64,000 nucleotides of DNA. Origin: Candidatus Woesebacteria bacterium (GTDB lineage Bacteria; Patescibacteriota; Microgenomatia; UBA1400; MFAQ01). Shown here in pieces: positions 50,483 through 60,310 of the stretch. The notes under the pieces were generated by a model. It did not search any database. It was given only the letters and a program-made list of their open reading frames with translations, and had not been told where the DNA came from. Numbering within the stretch: the first letter of the stretch is position 1; each line of letters begins with the position of its first letter. A program made the position numbers and the translations under genes. The DNA lies in NCBI GenBank assembly GCA_035389185.1, contig DAOORK010000001.1:65006-129005 (forward strand). The letters run 5' to 3'.

Positions 50483-53011
50483 ATGTATAGAAGAAGAAAA
50501 AGAATAACTATTGGTGGGCTAAATAACCTTTTTGGGGGGAAGCTGTCTGAAATGAATTGGGGAAAGATTATTTTCTTTAGCCTTATCGGACTTTCCTTAT
50601 TGGTTATTGTTTTATTTCTTTGGTACTCTCGCGGACTGCCGGATCCTGGAAAGATTCAACGCCGTACTGGTTACTCTACCCAAATCCTGGACAGAACCGG
50701 AAAAACGGTTTTGTATGATGTTTATTCCGACCAGGATCGTCGCTTCACTCCCCTATCCGATGTGCCCCAGTATTTAAAAGATGCCACGATTTCGATTGAA
50801 GACAAAGACTTTTACAAACATAAAGGCTTTGACCCCCTTACTCCTCTGCGTATTGCAAAAAATATTTTAGTTAACCACCGACTTGTCGGAGGTTCAACTC
50901 TGACCCAACAGTTGGTAAAAACGGTTTTGCTGACAAATGAAAGAAAGATATCCAGAAAGATACGAGAGTTTGTTTTGGCGGTAAAAATAGAAAAAACATA
51001 TAGTAAGGATGAGATTTTGCAAATGTATTTAAATGAAGTTCCCTACGGAGGCGGCACTGCAGGTGTAGCGGCAGCGGCACAACAGTATTTTGGCAAAGAA
51101 GTGAAAGATCTTAATCTAACCGAGTGTGTTATTTTGGCAGGATTACCCCAGTCTCCTTCTCGATACTCTCCTTACATTGGAGAGTCACTAGCTTATGTTC
51201 CTCGGGCAAAGGATGTGGTACGAAGAATGAGAGAAGATGGCAAAGTGACTAAAGAACAAGAAGAACAGGTTGTGGCAGAACTGGATAAAGTTGTTTTTAA
51301 AGGGGTAGGATCCAAGATTAAAGCACCTCACTTCGTAATGTATGTTAAACAGTTGCTTGAGGATGAGTACGGATCGGATATCTTAGAAGCAGGCGGACTG
51401 AAGGTGACCACAAGTTTAAACTGGGAACTGCAAGACAAAGCGGAGACAATCGTGAAAGAGGAAATTGACAAAGTGAGTACGAGTTTAAATATTGGAAATG
51501 GAGCTTCGATTATTTTGGATACCAATACGGGTGAGATTCTGAGTATGGTTGGGTCTAAAGACTACTTTGACTCTTCAATCGATGGTGAGGTAAATGTAAC
51601 AACTCGTAACAGACAACCCGGATCTTCAATAAAACCTTTGGTTTATGCAGTAGGTTTTATGGAAGGATACTCTCCCGCGTCGGTATTGGCGGACATGGTG
51701 ACAGAGTTCCCCGGTAAGGATGAAAATACTCCCTATATTCCCAAGAATTACGATGGCAAAGAACATGGACTGTTGCACTTGCGCGAAGCTCTAGCTAGTT
51801 CAATCAATATCCCGGCTGTGAAGCTGTTGGCTCGTGTTGGGGTGAGTGACGTTTTGGCTCAGGGCTATAAAATGGGTTTTACAACCCTTGAACCAACAAA
51901 AGAAACCTTAAGCCGCGTTGGTTTATCAATGGCTTTGGGTGGTGCCGAGATAAAACTGATTGATATGGTGTCGGCATATAGCACTTTTGCGAATGGCGGT
52001 TATAAAGTTGAACCGGTAGCAATTTTAAGGATTGAAGACAGCTCAGGAAAAGTAATTTACGAAAACAAATCGGTAAAACATGAGCGGGTTCTCGACGACA
52101 AAGTTGGTTTTTTAATTAACTCCGTGTTGTCAGACAACAATGCTCGTTTGCTAACATTCGGTGTTAACTCGTATCTTAATATGGGAAGCAGAGCCGTGGC
52201 AGTAAAAACAGGTACTACTAACGATCTTCGGGACAACTGGACAGTGGGCTGGTCGAAAGACACGATCGTGGGAGTCTGGGTTGGAAACAATGATAATGAC
52301 AAAATGAAGAACGTGGCTTCGGGTGTCTCTGGCGCCGCTCCTATCTGGCGACGAGAAATGCTTAATGTCTTGTCCATAAAGCCGGACAGCCCCTTTACGG
52401 TCCCTCAGGGGGTCTCACAAGTTGAAGTTGATAGGGTGTCAGGTTATCCGGCCCATGATGGATTCGCAAGCTATAAAGAATGGTTTATAAACGGTACCGT
52501 TCCTTCCGATCCAGACCCGATTCACACAAAATTAAAAATATGTAAGGGTGACTCAAATAGATTGGCCGATCAAGTGTCGGTATCTCAGGGAAATTACGAC
52601 GAAAAAGAGTACATTGTGATTAAGGAAACGGATCCGTTAACAGCAAAGAATCTATGGCAAAAAGGGATTGACCAGTGGATTGTGAAACAAACCGACTCAA
52701 TTTATAAACCGCCAACTGAGACATGCGGCGCTTCAACCTCAACCGATATTCAGATTGTTTCACCCACAAACCATAGTCGAGTAAACGGTGAAACGGTGTC
52801 GATAAAGTTTACAGTTGTTAGCTCGAAGTCAATCGTTGAGGTAAAGCTCTATGTTGACGGTACTTTGGAACAATCGTTTACTGAAGGGCCTTATGTTAAG
52901 GAAATCAAACTGACAAACGGTAAACACTCAATCCAAGTTGTGGCAAAGGATAATGAGAGTAAAGAGGAACAGAAAACTCACGAGTTTTCAATGAATGAAG
53001 ATTGGGAATAA
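50483..53011 (+). CDS. Class A penicillin-binding protein (bifunctional glycosyltransferase/transpeptidase) with C-terminal Ig-like extension
   Basis: GT51 motif GGSTLTQQLVK. Transpeptidase motifs SSIKP and KTGTTND. N-terminal TM anchor. Start at ATG 50483 with AGAGGAG RBS. Confidence 0.9.
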   Translation: MYRRRKRITIGGLNNLFGGKLSEMNWGKIIFFSLIGLSLLVIVLFLWYSRGLPDPGKIQRRTGYSTQILDRTGKTVLYDVYSDQDRRFTPLSDVPQYLKDATISIEDKDFYKHKGFDPLTPLRIAKNILVNHRLVGGSTLTQQLVKTVLLTNERKISRKIREFVLAVKIEKTYSKDEILQMYLNEVPYGGGTAGVAAAAQQYFGKEVKDLNLTECVILAGLPQSPSRYSPYIGESLAYVPRAKDVVRRMREDGKVTKEQEEQVVAELDKVVFKGVGSKIKAPHFVMYVKQLLEDEYGSDILEAGGLKVTTSLNWELQDKAETIVKEEIDKVSTSLNIGNGASIILDTNTGEILSMVGSKDYFDSSIDGEVNVTTRNRQPGSSIKPLVYAVGFMEGYSPASVLADMVTEFPGKDENTPYIPKNYDGKEHGLLHLREALASSINIPAVKLLARVGVSDVLAQGYKMGFTTLEPTKETLSRVGLSMALGGAEIKLIDMVSAYSTFANGGYKVEPVAILRIEDSSGKVIYENKSVKHERVLDDKVGFLINSVLSDNNARLLTFGVNSYLNMGSRAVAVKTGTTNDLRDNWTVGWSKDTIVGVWVGNNDNDKMKNVASGVSGAAPIWRREMLNVLSIKPDSPFTVPQGVSQVEVDRVSGYPAHDGFASYKEWFINGTVPSDPDPIHTKLKICKGDSNRLADQVSVSQGNYDEKEYIVIKETDPLTAKNLWQKGIDQWIVKQTDSIYKPPTETCGASTSTDIQIVSPTNHSRVNGETVSIKFTVVSSKSIVEVKLYVDGTLEQSFTEGPYVKEIKLTNGKHSIQVVAKDNESKEEQKTHEFSMNEDWE

Positions 53012-53019
53012 CAGTTTAA

Positions 53020-55005
53020 TTAAACAAAGAGAGAAGAGATCTCTTCCTTTATACCAGCAATTTCTTTTTGAGATAAATTGTTGAGGAGGGATGAGAAAAT
53101 TATTCTAAATGAGTGTTTATTTTGGTACGAAGTAAGATATTGAACGTCTTTTACAAGATGGCTGACAGAAGTTATTTTGGCAATAATTTCGCCGACTTTT
53201 TCCGTAGATTCGATGGTCATGTCTTCTAGTAGCTCAGGAAATTCGGAGATGGGTGTGTAGATTTTGTTTGGTGAACGAAGGTCGGATAGTGTTTGAGTAT
53301 CTATTTCGACTATGACCGGATTTGAAGTAATGCCAATTTCTCTGAGGATAGATGGTTTGATGTGACCGAGGAAGCCAAGAGTGTGGCCTTGGTGTTTAAT
53401 GACAGAGGTATGTTCGGGAAGAAAGTAAGGAGGTAAATCGGTAACTGAGATATATCGATACTTGGTGACGTTTAAGTTTTTTAATAAAAGCTCTACGTAC
53501 CCTTTGGTATCTAGAATATCGACGGTTGTGGCGATAGCCAGTTTTGATAGTTCGTTGGCTAATTTGTCAGAGTTTTTTTGGTAAACATTTGATAGTTCGT
53601 AGATGAAGAATGGTTCTTCAGATTTACCTTGATTGTTTTTAATGTTTTGCAGAAGTGAAGGAACCAGTGAAGTCCGAAGGAACTGAAGGTCAGTCGACAA
53701 GGCGTTGATCAGCTTAAGATGGTCATTTTTATCAAGTTCTGTCTTGGAGATGAGGCTTTCCGATACTAACGAGTGATTAAAGATTTCGTTGAAACCACGA
53801 TGAGAAAGGAAGGTTTTGATATCAGTTTCTGTTTTTAACAAGGGTTCTTTTGGCTCAGGAGCTAGATTTACCTGAGGTAAAACAGAAGGTAACTTTGAGT
53901 AGCCATAAACTCTGGCAACTTCTTCAACCAAGTCTTCTTGAATATTGATGTCGTATTTTCTCCAACTGGGTACGGTACAAAGTATGCCTTGTGAGGATTT
54001 GTTTTTAATACTAAAACCTAAGTTTTTAAGGATAGAGACATAATTATCTACGGGAATGTTTTGACCAATAAGACGATTAGCCCATTCGGTATCTAGTTCA
54101 ATTGTTTTTGCTGGGGCAATGGACGGAGAACTATCGAACACTGATGAACTAACGTGTGCTTTAGCTCTTTCTTGAAAAAGTTTGATCGCTTGAGTGAGGA
54201 CCGGCAGACAAAGTTCGGTGTCTGGTTGTTTTTCGTATATCTGTGAGGCAAGGGTACGTTTTTGAAGACGAAGTGAGGTTTTTCTAATATTTACCGGGTG
54301 GTAAACAGGAACAATCAAAAGAATGTTTTTGGTATGTTTATCGGTTTCGGCAACTGAACCTCCCATAATGCCACATAGGTCTACCAGTCTGCCGGCACCA
54401 TCTTCGATAACAATGTCTCCTTCTTTGAGATCGTTTGTCTGACCATCTAAGGTGGTAATTTTTTCGCCGGAACGACTTTGGCGAATGATTAATTTTTGAG
54501 CACCCAGTTTGTCGAGATCAAAAATATGACAGGGCATCCCGTAGAGCAAAGTGAGTTCATTAGTAATGTCCACGATGTTATTTATGGGCCTTTCTCCACA
54601 GGCAGTAAGCAAGTCTTGAGTGCTTTTGGGAGAGTCTTTTACCTCAATATTCTCAAGAGAGATAGCGGTGAAACGAGGTACGATCTCTTGGTCGGCAATA
54701 TCGAAATGGAATGTGTGGGGCAAATGGGTATAGAGTTCAATCTTTTCTTGATAGGGGTCATTTTTTAGTTCTGCTTTTATCCCCTGTTGCTTAAGGATGG
54801 CGACGGAATCACGGGCTACTCCTTGTGCACTGGCAGTGTCAATGCGATTGGTAATAACCTCAATCTCGTAGAGATAATCATCATCTAGCTGATGAAGACG
54901 ATCAAAGGTAGGTCCACAGAGACTAATTGTTTGGGCAAGATCTACCGGTTTTATCGGAGAGTCTAAAAAGAAACGAAGTGCTTTGTCGGTAATTTTTATA
55001 TCCAT
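53020..55005 (-). CDS. pheT: Phenylalanyl-tRNA synthetase beta subunit (short form lacking N-terminal tRNA-binding domain)
   Basis: B3/B4 and B5 domain-like regions and a C-terminal catalytic-like domain. Immediately downstream of pheS. 661 aa. Confidence 0.8.
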   Translation of the reverse strand: MDIKITDKALRFFLDSPIKPVDLAQTISLCGPTFDRLHQLDDDYLYEIEVITNRIDTASAQGVARDSVAILKQQGIKAELKNDPYQEKIELYTHLPHTFHFDIADQEIVPRFTAISLENIEVKDSPKSTQDLLTACGERPINNIVDITNELTLLYGMPCHIFDLDKLGAQKLIIRQSRSGEKITTLDGQTNDLKEGDIVIEDGAGRLVDLCGIMGGSVAETDKHTKNILLIVPVYHPVNIRKTSLRLQKRTLASQIYEKQPDTELCLPVLTQAIKLFQERAKAHVSSSVFDSSPSIAPAKTIELDTEWANRLIGQNIPVDNYVSILKNLGFSIKNKSSQGILCTVPSWRKYDINIQEDLVEEVARVYGYSKLPSVLPQVNLAPEPKEPLLKTETDIKTFLSHRGFNEIFNHSLVSESLISKTELDKNDHLKLINALSTDLQFLRTSLVPSLLQNIKNNQGKSEEPFFIYELSNVYQKNSDKLANELSKLAIATTVDILDTKGYVELLLKNLNVTKYRYISVTDLPPYFLPEHTSVIKHQGHTLGFLGHIKPSILREIGITSNPVIVEIDTQTLSDLRSPNKIYTPISEFPELLEDMTIESTEKVGEIIAKITSVSHLVKDVQYLTSYQNKHSFRIIFSSLLNNLSQKEIAGIKEEISSLFV

Positions 55006-55007
55006 GT

Positions 55008-56054
55008 TTAGAATTGTTTTAAAAAGCGTAAATCATCAGTGTAGAGCAAGCGTAAGTCCGGTAAGTTTAATCCTGATTTCATCATAAGGACTCTTTCTAC
55101 TCCCCAACCGAAGGCAAACCCGGAGTAGATCTTCGGATCTAAGCCACCATTTTTAAGAACAGTGGGGTGAACCATACCTGCTCCCCCGAGTTCCAACCAG
55201 CCAGATTTACAAACTTTACATGGTTTTTCGTTGAGAATGCCGGTTCCATGACAAAGTCCGCAACTAATGTCTATTTCAAAACTTGGTTCCGTAAACTGAA
55301 AGTGATGTGGTCTTAGGCGAATGGTACGGTCTTGACCAAAGTAGGCTTTTACAAAGTAGTCCATGACACCAATGAGATTAGTGATGTTGATGTTTTTATC
55401 TACGAGAAGGCCTTCGAACTGGTGAAAGACAGCGTTGTGTGAGGCGTCTGCTTGACGACGATAGGTTTTACCGATGTTGATCATCTTGATGGGAGGAGTC
55501 TTGACCCTCTCCATTTCCCGTAATTGACCATTACTGGTATGCGCCGTTAGAACAACATCGTCGGAAAGATAAAAGGTCTCTTGATCGTCTCTGGCGGGGT
55601 GATCTTTGGGGATGTTGAGTCCTTCGGCGTAGTACCAGTCACTTTCAACTTCGCGGTAGCGTCTTCTGGTAAAGCCTAGTTTGTCGAATATGGTTTCTAT
55701 GTCGCTAATTGCTTGAGAAATAAGGTGGAGACTACCGGCAGGTAAACGATTACCCGGAATGGTGACATCAAAAGAATCTTGAGATGGCTGATTCAATAAA
55801 TGGGTGATCATTTCCGAAATTAGTTTCGAACAGATATTTTTAAGTTCGTTAATTTCTTTACCGATGAGGGGGTTTTCTTTTATTGGGAGAGATTTAAATA
55901 ATTTATTTACCTCCCCTTGTCTTCCGAGATATTTGATATCTAAAAGCTCCAGTTCTTTGACCGTACTGCACTTTGAAATATCCTCTATAAGATTGGATTT
56001 TACTTTTTCAATAGTTTCTTTGTAATCGTTGGCCATCTTTGTTAATGATAACAA
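55008..56054 (-). CDS. pheS: Phenylalanyl-tRNA synthetase alpha subunit
   Basis: Class II aaRS motifs including HPARDDQETFY and FQFTEPSFEID. Confidence 0.9.
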   Translation of the reverse strand: MLSLTKMANDYKETIEKVKSNLIEDISKCSTVKELELLDIKYLGRQGEVNKLFKSLPIKENPLIGKEINELKNICSKLISEMITHLLNQPSQDSFDVTIPGNRLPAGSLHLISQAISDIETIFDKLGFTRRRYREVESDWYYAEGLNIPKDHPARDDQETFYLSDDVVLTAHTSNGQLREMERVKTPPIKMINIGKTYRRQADASHNAVFHQFEGLLVDKNINITNLIGVMDYFVKAYFGQDRTIRLRPHHFQFTEPSFEIDISCGLCHGTGILNEKPCKVCKSGWLELGGAGMVHPTVLKNGGLDPKIYSGFAFGWGVERVLMMKSGLNLPDLRLLYTDDLRFLKQF

Positions 56055-56057
56055 AAA

Positions 56058-56074
56058 CTCCCCTATTCGGGGAG
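56058..56074 (-). terminator. Terminator/attenuator-like hairpin between rplT and pheS
   Basis: Hairpin ctcccc-tatt-cggggag. On the minus strand it is followed by TTTTTGTT. Confidence 0.5.
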
Positions 56075-56102
56075 CTTTAATTCAATAATTAGTTCCCCGG
56101 AA

Positions 56103-56456
56103 TTATTTGGTGCTAAAGGAAACGAGATTTTTGAAGGCTTCGGGAAGATTAACTGCAAGTTGAGCCATGGATTTGCGGTTTAATTTGATTTTTTTATCAG
56201 AAAGCTTCTTGATAAAGACAGAGTACTTTGGAGCTCCGATTATTTCCGATAGAGCGGCATTAATACGAGAAATCCAGGTAATTCTCATTTGCTGTTTACG
56301 TTCCTTGCGGCCGTTGTAAGCATACTGTCCGGCGTGTAGTGAGGCTTCTGAGGCGACTTTGTACAGCCTATTTCTGGTCATCCGAAAACCCTTAACGAGT
56401 TTAAAGACTTTTTTGTGGCTCTTTCTACGGGCGATTCCTGTTTTAGTTCTTGGCAT
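56103..56456 (-). CDS. rplT: 50S ribosomal protein L20
   Basis: MPRTKTGIARRKSHKKVFKLVKGFR is the canonical L20 N-terminus. Confidence 0.9.
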   Translation of the reverse strand: MPRTKTGIARRKSHKKVFKLVKGFRMTRNRLYKVASEASLHAGQYAYNGRKERKQQMRITWISRINAALSEIIGAPKYSVFIKKLSDKKIKLNRKSMAQLAVNLPEAFKNLVSFSTK

Positions 56457-56471
56457 GTTAGTTAAATACGA

Positions 56472-56672
56472 TTAATTATGGAGCATTTGTTTAATTTTGG
56501 TGGCGATTCTACCAGTGACTTCTTGGTAGTGTCGATAGCGCCTGATGAGCTTTTTGCTTTTTTTGCGGCGAAGGTGGCGCATGTAAGGACTGCGACGTAA
56601 GACTTTACCTGTTCCGGTAATCTTAAATCGTTTCATGACAATTTTTCTGGTCTTTTGTTTAGTTTTAGTCAT
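56472..56672 (-). CDS. rpmI: 50S ribosomal protein L35
   Basis: MTKTKQKTRKIVMKRFKITGTGKV. Sits in the conserved infC-rpmI-rplT order. Confidence 0.85.
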   Translation of the reverse strand: MTKTKQKTRKIVMKRFKITGTGKVLRRSPYMRHLRRKKSKKLIRRYRHYQEVTGRIATKIKQMLHN

Positions 56673-56681
56673 AGACTTTGA

Positions 56682-57188
56682 TTATTTTTTGGGTTTCACT
56701 TGAGCGATGAGAAGTTTACCTAGATACTTTGGCTCTTCTACAACCGTGGAGACTTCGGTCAAACCGTTGAGGGCTTGGTTCATAACTTTTTCTCCGAATT
56801 CCTTCTTGGTGATTTCCCTGCCACGGAATTTTACCACTAACTTGACTCTATCGCCATCCTTTAAAAATTTTTCAGCCTGTCTTACCTTAACACCAAGATC
56901 ATTTTCGGCCATAAAGGGAGTTAGTCTAACCTCTTTTGTTTCTTGGCCACCTTTATTGGTACCGGCTTTTTCCTTTTTGTCCTCTTGATATTTGAATTTT
57001 TGAAAATCAATGATTTTAACAATTGGAGGTTTTGCTTTTTCGGTTATTTCGACCAAATCCAGTCCTAAATTAGCTGCCCTTGTAAGAGCTTCCTGTGTCG
57101 ACATGATACCAAGCTGTTTGTTTTCTTGGTCTATGACCCGAACTTCGGGATATCGAATGTTTTGATTGATACGATAGTATTTGTTCAC
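56682..57188 (-). CDS. infC: Translation initiation factor IF-3
   Basis: IRYPEVRVIDQENKQLGIMSTQEALTRAANLGLDLVEI matches the IF-3 N-domain. 168 aa. Confidence 0.85.
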   Translation of the reverse strand: MNKYYRINQNIRYPEVRVIDQENKQLGIMSTQEALTRAANLGLDLVEITEKAKPPIVKIIDFQKFKYQEDKKEKAGTNKGGQETKEVRLTPFMAENDLGVKVRQAEKFLKDGDRVKLVVKFRGREITKKEFGEKVMNQALNGLTEVSTVVEEPKYLGKLLIAQVKPKK

Positions 57189-57234
57189 TTGGTTGTATTT
57201 TACTATATTTTAGGTTTGATTTATGAAGTAAAAA

Positions 57235-57256
57235 AATCTCTCCCTTTGGGGAGAGA
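57235..57256. terminator. Bidirectional terminator hairpin (stem identical to the 15108 hairpin)
   Basis: Hairpin atctctcc-ctttgg-ggagagat with A-run and T-run flanks. Confidence 0.55.
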
Positions 57257-57265
57257 TTTTTGTAG

Positions 57266-57339
57266 TGGGCCCGACTGGACTCGAACCAGTGACCTCTGCA
57301 ATGTCAATGCAGCGCTCTAGCCAGCTGAGCTACGAGCCC
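57266..57339 (-). tRNA. tRNA-Val (anticodon GAC)
   Basis: Reverse complement is GGGCTCGTAGCTCAGCTGGCTAGAGCGCTGCATTGACATTGCAGAGGTCACTGGTTCGAGTCCAGTCGGGCCCA. Anticodon loop TTGACAT. CCA not encoded. Confidence 0.8.
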
Positions 57340-57360
57340 GACGAGTGATATTTTAGCATA

Positions 57361-57918
57361 TTAGCCTACAGAAGTGGCGATGCTACGCTCATTATTCTGG
57401 GTATACGATGACCCCTTTTTGTTGGCCATATTCCAGTAAGCACCCATTTTTTTGGAGCGGCTATTATAGATTTCCAGCCAACTATTAGCCTTTCTCATGT
57501 TTAATCCAAAATTGCGAATCATTTCTTTGATGTGTTCAAGAAAGTTTATTTGGTACTCACCATACTCGACAACCGGCACCTCGATGGCTTTTTTGAGATT
57601 GATATCTAGTCTTTTCACCTGTTTGCTCATCTCTTTGAGCTGGACTCTTATTTCTTCGATTCTTTTTTCTGTTTGAGTTTCTTTAAAAGAGAAAACCCTG
57701 TTCCATTCTTCGTTTCGATGTGAGTAAAATTGCTCGACGCGTTTTTTTTCGATCTCTTTTTTTGCTTGAATTTCGGCAAAGATATTTTTCCCTGGTAGTT
57801 TTTCTGGACCATCTGAATTACCGGAAGCTTTCGATTGTGAACTACGAAGAGCCTCCAAAAAGTTTTGGATTTTTATGTTACCTGAGTTTGATGGTTGCCC
57901 TGTCCAGTTATTACTCAT
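57361..57918 (-). CDS. Hypothetical coiled-coil protein
   Basis: 185 aa, Lys/Glu-rich central region. No motif. Confidence 0.45.
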   Translation of the reverse strand: MSNNWTGQPSNSGNIKIQNFLEALRSSQSKASGNSDGPEKLPGKNIFAEIQAKKEIEKKRVEQFYSHRNEEWNRVFSFKETQTEKRIEEIRVQLKEMSKQVKRLDINLKKAIEVPVVEYGEYQINFLEHIKEMIRNFGLNMRKANSWLEIYNSRSKKMGAYWNMANKKGSSYTQNNERSIATSVG

Positions 57919-57928
57919 TTATCTAAAC

Positions 57929-58723
57929 TTAACAAAGTTTTATAAGTAATTCAACAGTTTTGCGTCGGTCCATGATGGATTTTAGCTGACCAAGTTGTGT
58001 CTCAGGAACGCCGCCAACCTCAGCTAGCTTTTTGAGTTCTTTAATATCGGTGTCGATTTTTTCTATTTTGGCAATTTCGAGAAGAATTAGATCAAGTTTG
58101 ATTGATTCTTCGGCCTTTTTGGCATACTCGGTTTTTATCTCATCCAAGGTCTTGTTGACTGCTTTGAAGTAATTTTCCAAGGTAAGATTAAGACTTTTTG
58201 CTTGACTGGCGATTCTTTCCAAGCTGTAGTTAACTTCTTCATCAATTACCGGTTTGGGAACGTCTACTTGAATACTTTTTAACAGATTGTCGTAGATTTT
58301 TTCTATCTTTTTTTCCTCGGTATCTTTTTTATCTACCTTGGTGGCGGAAACAATTTTTGAATAGTCTTGAATTTTTATTTCAGGATATAAAGGGAGGGAG
58401 ATGGTAATTTTCCAACCAGTGGTTGATTTGGAGTCAATGTTTTCTAAAACTGGTCTACCTAGAAGCCTGTATTTATTCTCCTTGATAGAAATGTCGATGA
58501 TTTCATTGAGAATATGACCAAGGATATGATTGCTTAGCTTGTCTGGGTCGACATGTTCAGCGGCAATTGATCGAGGAGCTTTTCCTTGTCGGAAACCTTT
58601 GACGGTAACGTCTTTAATTAGTTCATCAATAGCATGTTCTTTTTGGGCGTCAACTTCTTTTGAGTTAAGGATTGCCTCAACTTGAGCGGTGTTGTTTTTG
58701 ATTTTTTTGACGGTTAGTTTCAT
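57929..58723 (-). CDS. Trigger factor-like chaperone (short form, N-terminal ribosome-binding domain, no PPIase domain evident)
   Basis: MKLTVKK...VEAIL...VKGFRQGKAPRSIAAEH contains the GFRxGxxP trigger-factor signature. Only 264 aa. Confidence 0.55.
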   Translation of the reverse strand: MKLTVKKIKNNTAQVEAILNSKEVDAQKEHAIDELIKDVTVKGFRQGKAPRSIAAEHVDPDKLSNHILGHILNEIIDISIKENKYRLLGRPVLENIDSKSTTGWKITISLPLYPEIKIQDYSKIVSATKVDKKDTEEKKIEKIYDNLLKSIQVDVPKPVIDEEVNYSLERIASQAKSLNLTLENYFKAVNKTLDEIKTEYAKKAEESIKLDLILLEIAKIEKIDTDIKELKKLAEVGGVPETQLGQLKSIMDRRKTVELLIKLC

Positions 58724-58893
58724 ATTTGATTGACATTTCTAGCTGCTAATTTTAGCATATCGTAGTTTATAAATCCTTTTTTTTTTGAACTAAATATTTT
58801 ATGATTGTTGCGATAATCTGAATTGTCAAAGGATCAATCGGATGGATACATTTAAGATTTGACATTAAAACTACCGAAGTTATAATTGCGAGA

Positions 58894-59361
58894 ATGAACG
58901 AATTTGAAAGAAATAACATTGAAAAAAGTGAGGAAGAGGCCTTAGTCTTAGAGAAGGCTGACATTTTTGTGTTGTGGCAATACGAGCTTGATAGAAAAAG
59001 TGAAAACTTTGACCCAGATGTAGCAATGGTGGGATTTGTGGCCACGGTCGAATCAAAAGATGTTACTGTTGAAGGTATTCTTTCGAGAAAAGACAATGTC
59101 TTGGTTGCTTACACTTCGTATTCTGAATTTCTCAATATTCTAAAAAATCCAAAAGTTTTAAGAATTGAGATGTGCTGGGATATAGAACTTCTTCTCTCAA
59201 ACACATCAGATGAAATAGTGATTACCGTTCCTAGTCCGGGGCCGGTAGACGATGAATGGGATAGTCCAAGTTATGATAGTTTTTGGAGTCCTGTTGAAAA
59301 CGAACTCCAAAGAAAGATTAAACGACTCGAAAGTGTCGGAAAGAAGGTAATAATTTTATAA
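58894..59361 (+). CDS. Hypothetical protein
   Basis: Balanced composition. TATAAT lies just upstream of the ATG. The overlapping minus-strand ORF is Ser-rich low complexity. Confidence 0.4.
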   Translation: MNEFERNNIEKSEEEALVLEKADIFVLWQYELDRKSENFDPDVAMVGFVATVESKDVTVEGILSRKDNVLVAYTSYSEFLNILKNPKVLRIEMCWDIELLLSNTSDEIVITVPSPGPVDDEWDSPSYDSFWSPVENELQRKIKRLESVGKKVIIL

Positions 59362-59369
59362 CGAATTTG

Positions 59370-59544
59370 TGCCGAGAAGAGGGGTTGGTCACTCTAGCTA
59401 ATTTCATTAGGACTTGCCTCTCGATAAATTTCTGCTGAAATTTCCTCAAGGCGGGCCTCAGCGCCAGTCGCGCTTCCGGCTCTTCAAGTCCTCTTTACAA
59501 AGTCAAAATAAATATCATGCCACAAGGGCATGATATTAATTTAG
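59370..59544 (-). repeat. tRNA-associated hairpin-rich element A. It lies downstream of tRNA-Leu(TAG) and is bounded by a 14-nt direct repeat of the tRNA 3' end.
   Basis: Direct repeat gtgccgagaagagg at 59370-59383 and 59544-59557. Outer stem aggacttg/caagtcct (59409-16 / 59485-92). Hairpins AAATTTC-TGCT-GAAATTT (59426-43) and GGCG-N8-CGCC (59450-65). Terminator-like hairpin with ACAAG loop at 59514-34. Confidence 0.5.
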
Positions 59545-59625
59545 TGCCGAGAAGAGGACTTGAACCTCCATGGGTTTCCCCGCTAGCTCCTAAAGCTAGT
59601 GCGTCTACCATTTCGCCATCTCGGC
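59545..59625 (-). tRNA. tRNA-Leu (anticodon TAG), type II
   Basis: Reverse complement is GCCGAGATGGCGAAATGGTAGACGCACTAGCTTTAGGAGCTAGCGGGGAAACCCATGGAGGTTCAAGTCCTCTTCTCGGCA. Anticodon loop TTTAGGA. Confidence 0.8.
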
Positions 59626-59658
59626 AGGCATTACGATCTGGGATATTTTACCATTAAG

Positions 59659-60273
59659 CTAGTCGAGCTGGTCGAAGAAAGTGGAAACACCGTTTGCCCA
59701 CGAGCCGTCGGAAGGAGGTGTGTAGGTTCTCATAACTTCCATGGGATTTTTGTAGTGTTTTCCATCTAAAAATATTTTGGTGAACTGAGGAGCAATTCTT
59801 CTTAAAGCGTCTTCATAACTACTGAATCGGGTTACCTTGTCGCCGTATATCCCCCACCCCCAACAATTAAAGGAGTTATCGGGAATATGTTTACAAAGAC
59901 TTGATTCTTGTTGGGCTATGGCTACTAACCAACGATAGTCAAAGTTGTATTGATCTGAGAGTTCCACAATTAGACCGGAGTATGGTTCTAGAGGTGATGT
60001 GTATTGATGAAGATATTGACGAATAATTTCCGGACGAGCGTCGGCTGTCTTGATAGAGGTTTTGATTTGCTGGTCAAAGGAAGGTAAGGCGGCAAAAACA
60101 ACAGGTTCTTCGGCGTTTGAGGCGAGATAGTTTTCTTGATTTGTGTGTACTCCAAGAATAAGCTCCTGTTTACCCTGGGAGATATCGAGTAAGTTGGTGC
60201 TTAAAGATAGGGTGACTTTGGAAAGTACCAAAAATAAAGGCAACAAAATCAGACATCTTTTTACTTTGGTCAC
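59659..60273 (-). CDS. Secreted protein with lysozyme-like/peptidoglycan hydrolase-like region (tentative)
   Basis: Signal peptide. LVAIAQQESSL...NCWGWG resembles glucosaminidase/lytic-transglycosylase catalytic motifs. Confidence 0.4.
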   Translation of the reverse strand: MTKVKRCLILLPLFLVLSKVTLSLSTNLLDISQGKQELILGVHTNQENYLASNAEEPVVFAALPSFDQQIKTSIKTADARPEIIRQYLHQYTSPLEPYSGLIVELSDQYNFDYRWLVAIAQQESSLCKHIPDNSFNCWGWGIYGDKVTRFSSYEDALRRIAPQFTKIFLDGKHYKNPMEVMRTYTPPSDGSWANGVSTFFDQLD

Positions 60274-60310
60274 AAAATAATCGTGTCAGAACTGGAGAGA
60301 GATGTCAAGT

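Noticed and set aside
58767-59096. 109-aa minus-strand ORF
   Set aside because: Ser-rich low-complexity translation. It overlaps the more plausible plus-strand ORF 58894-59361.
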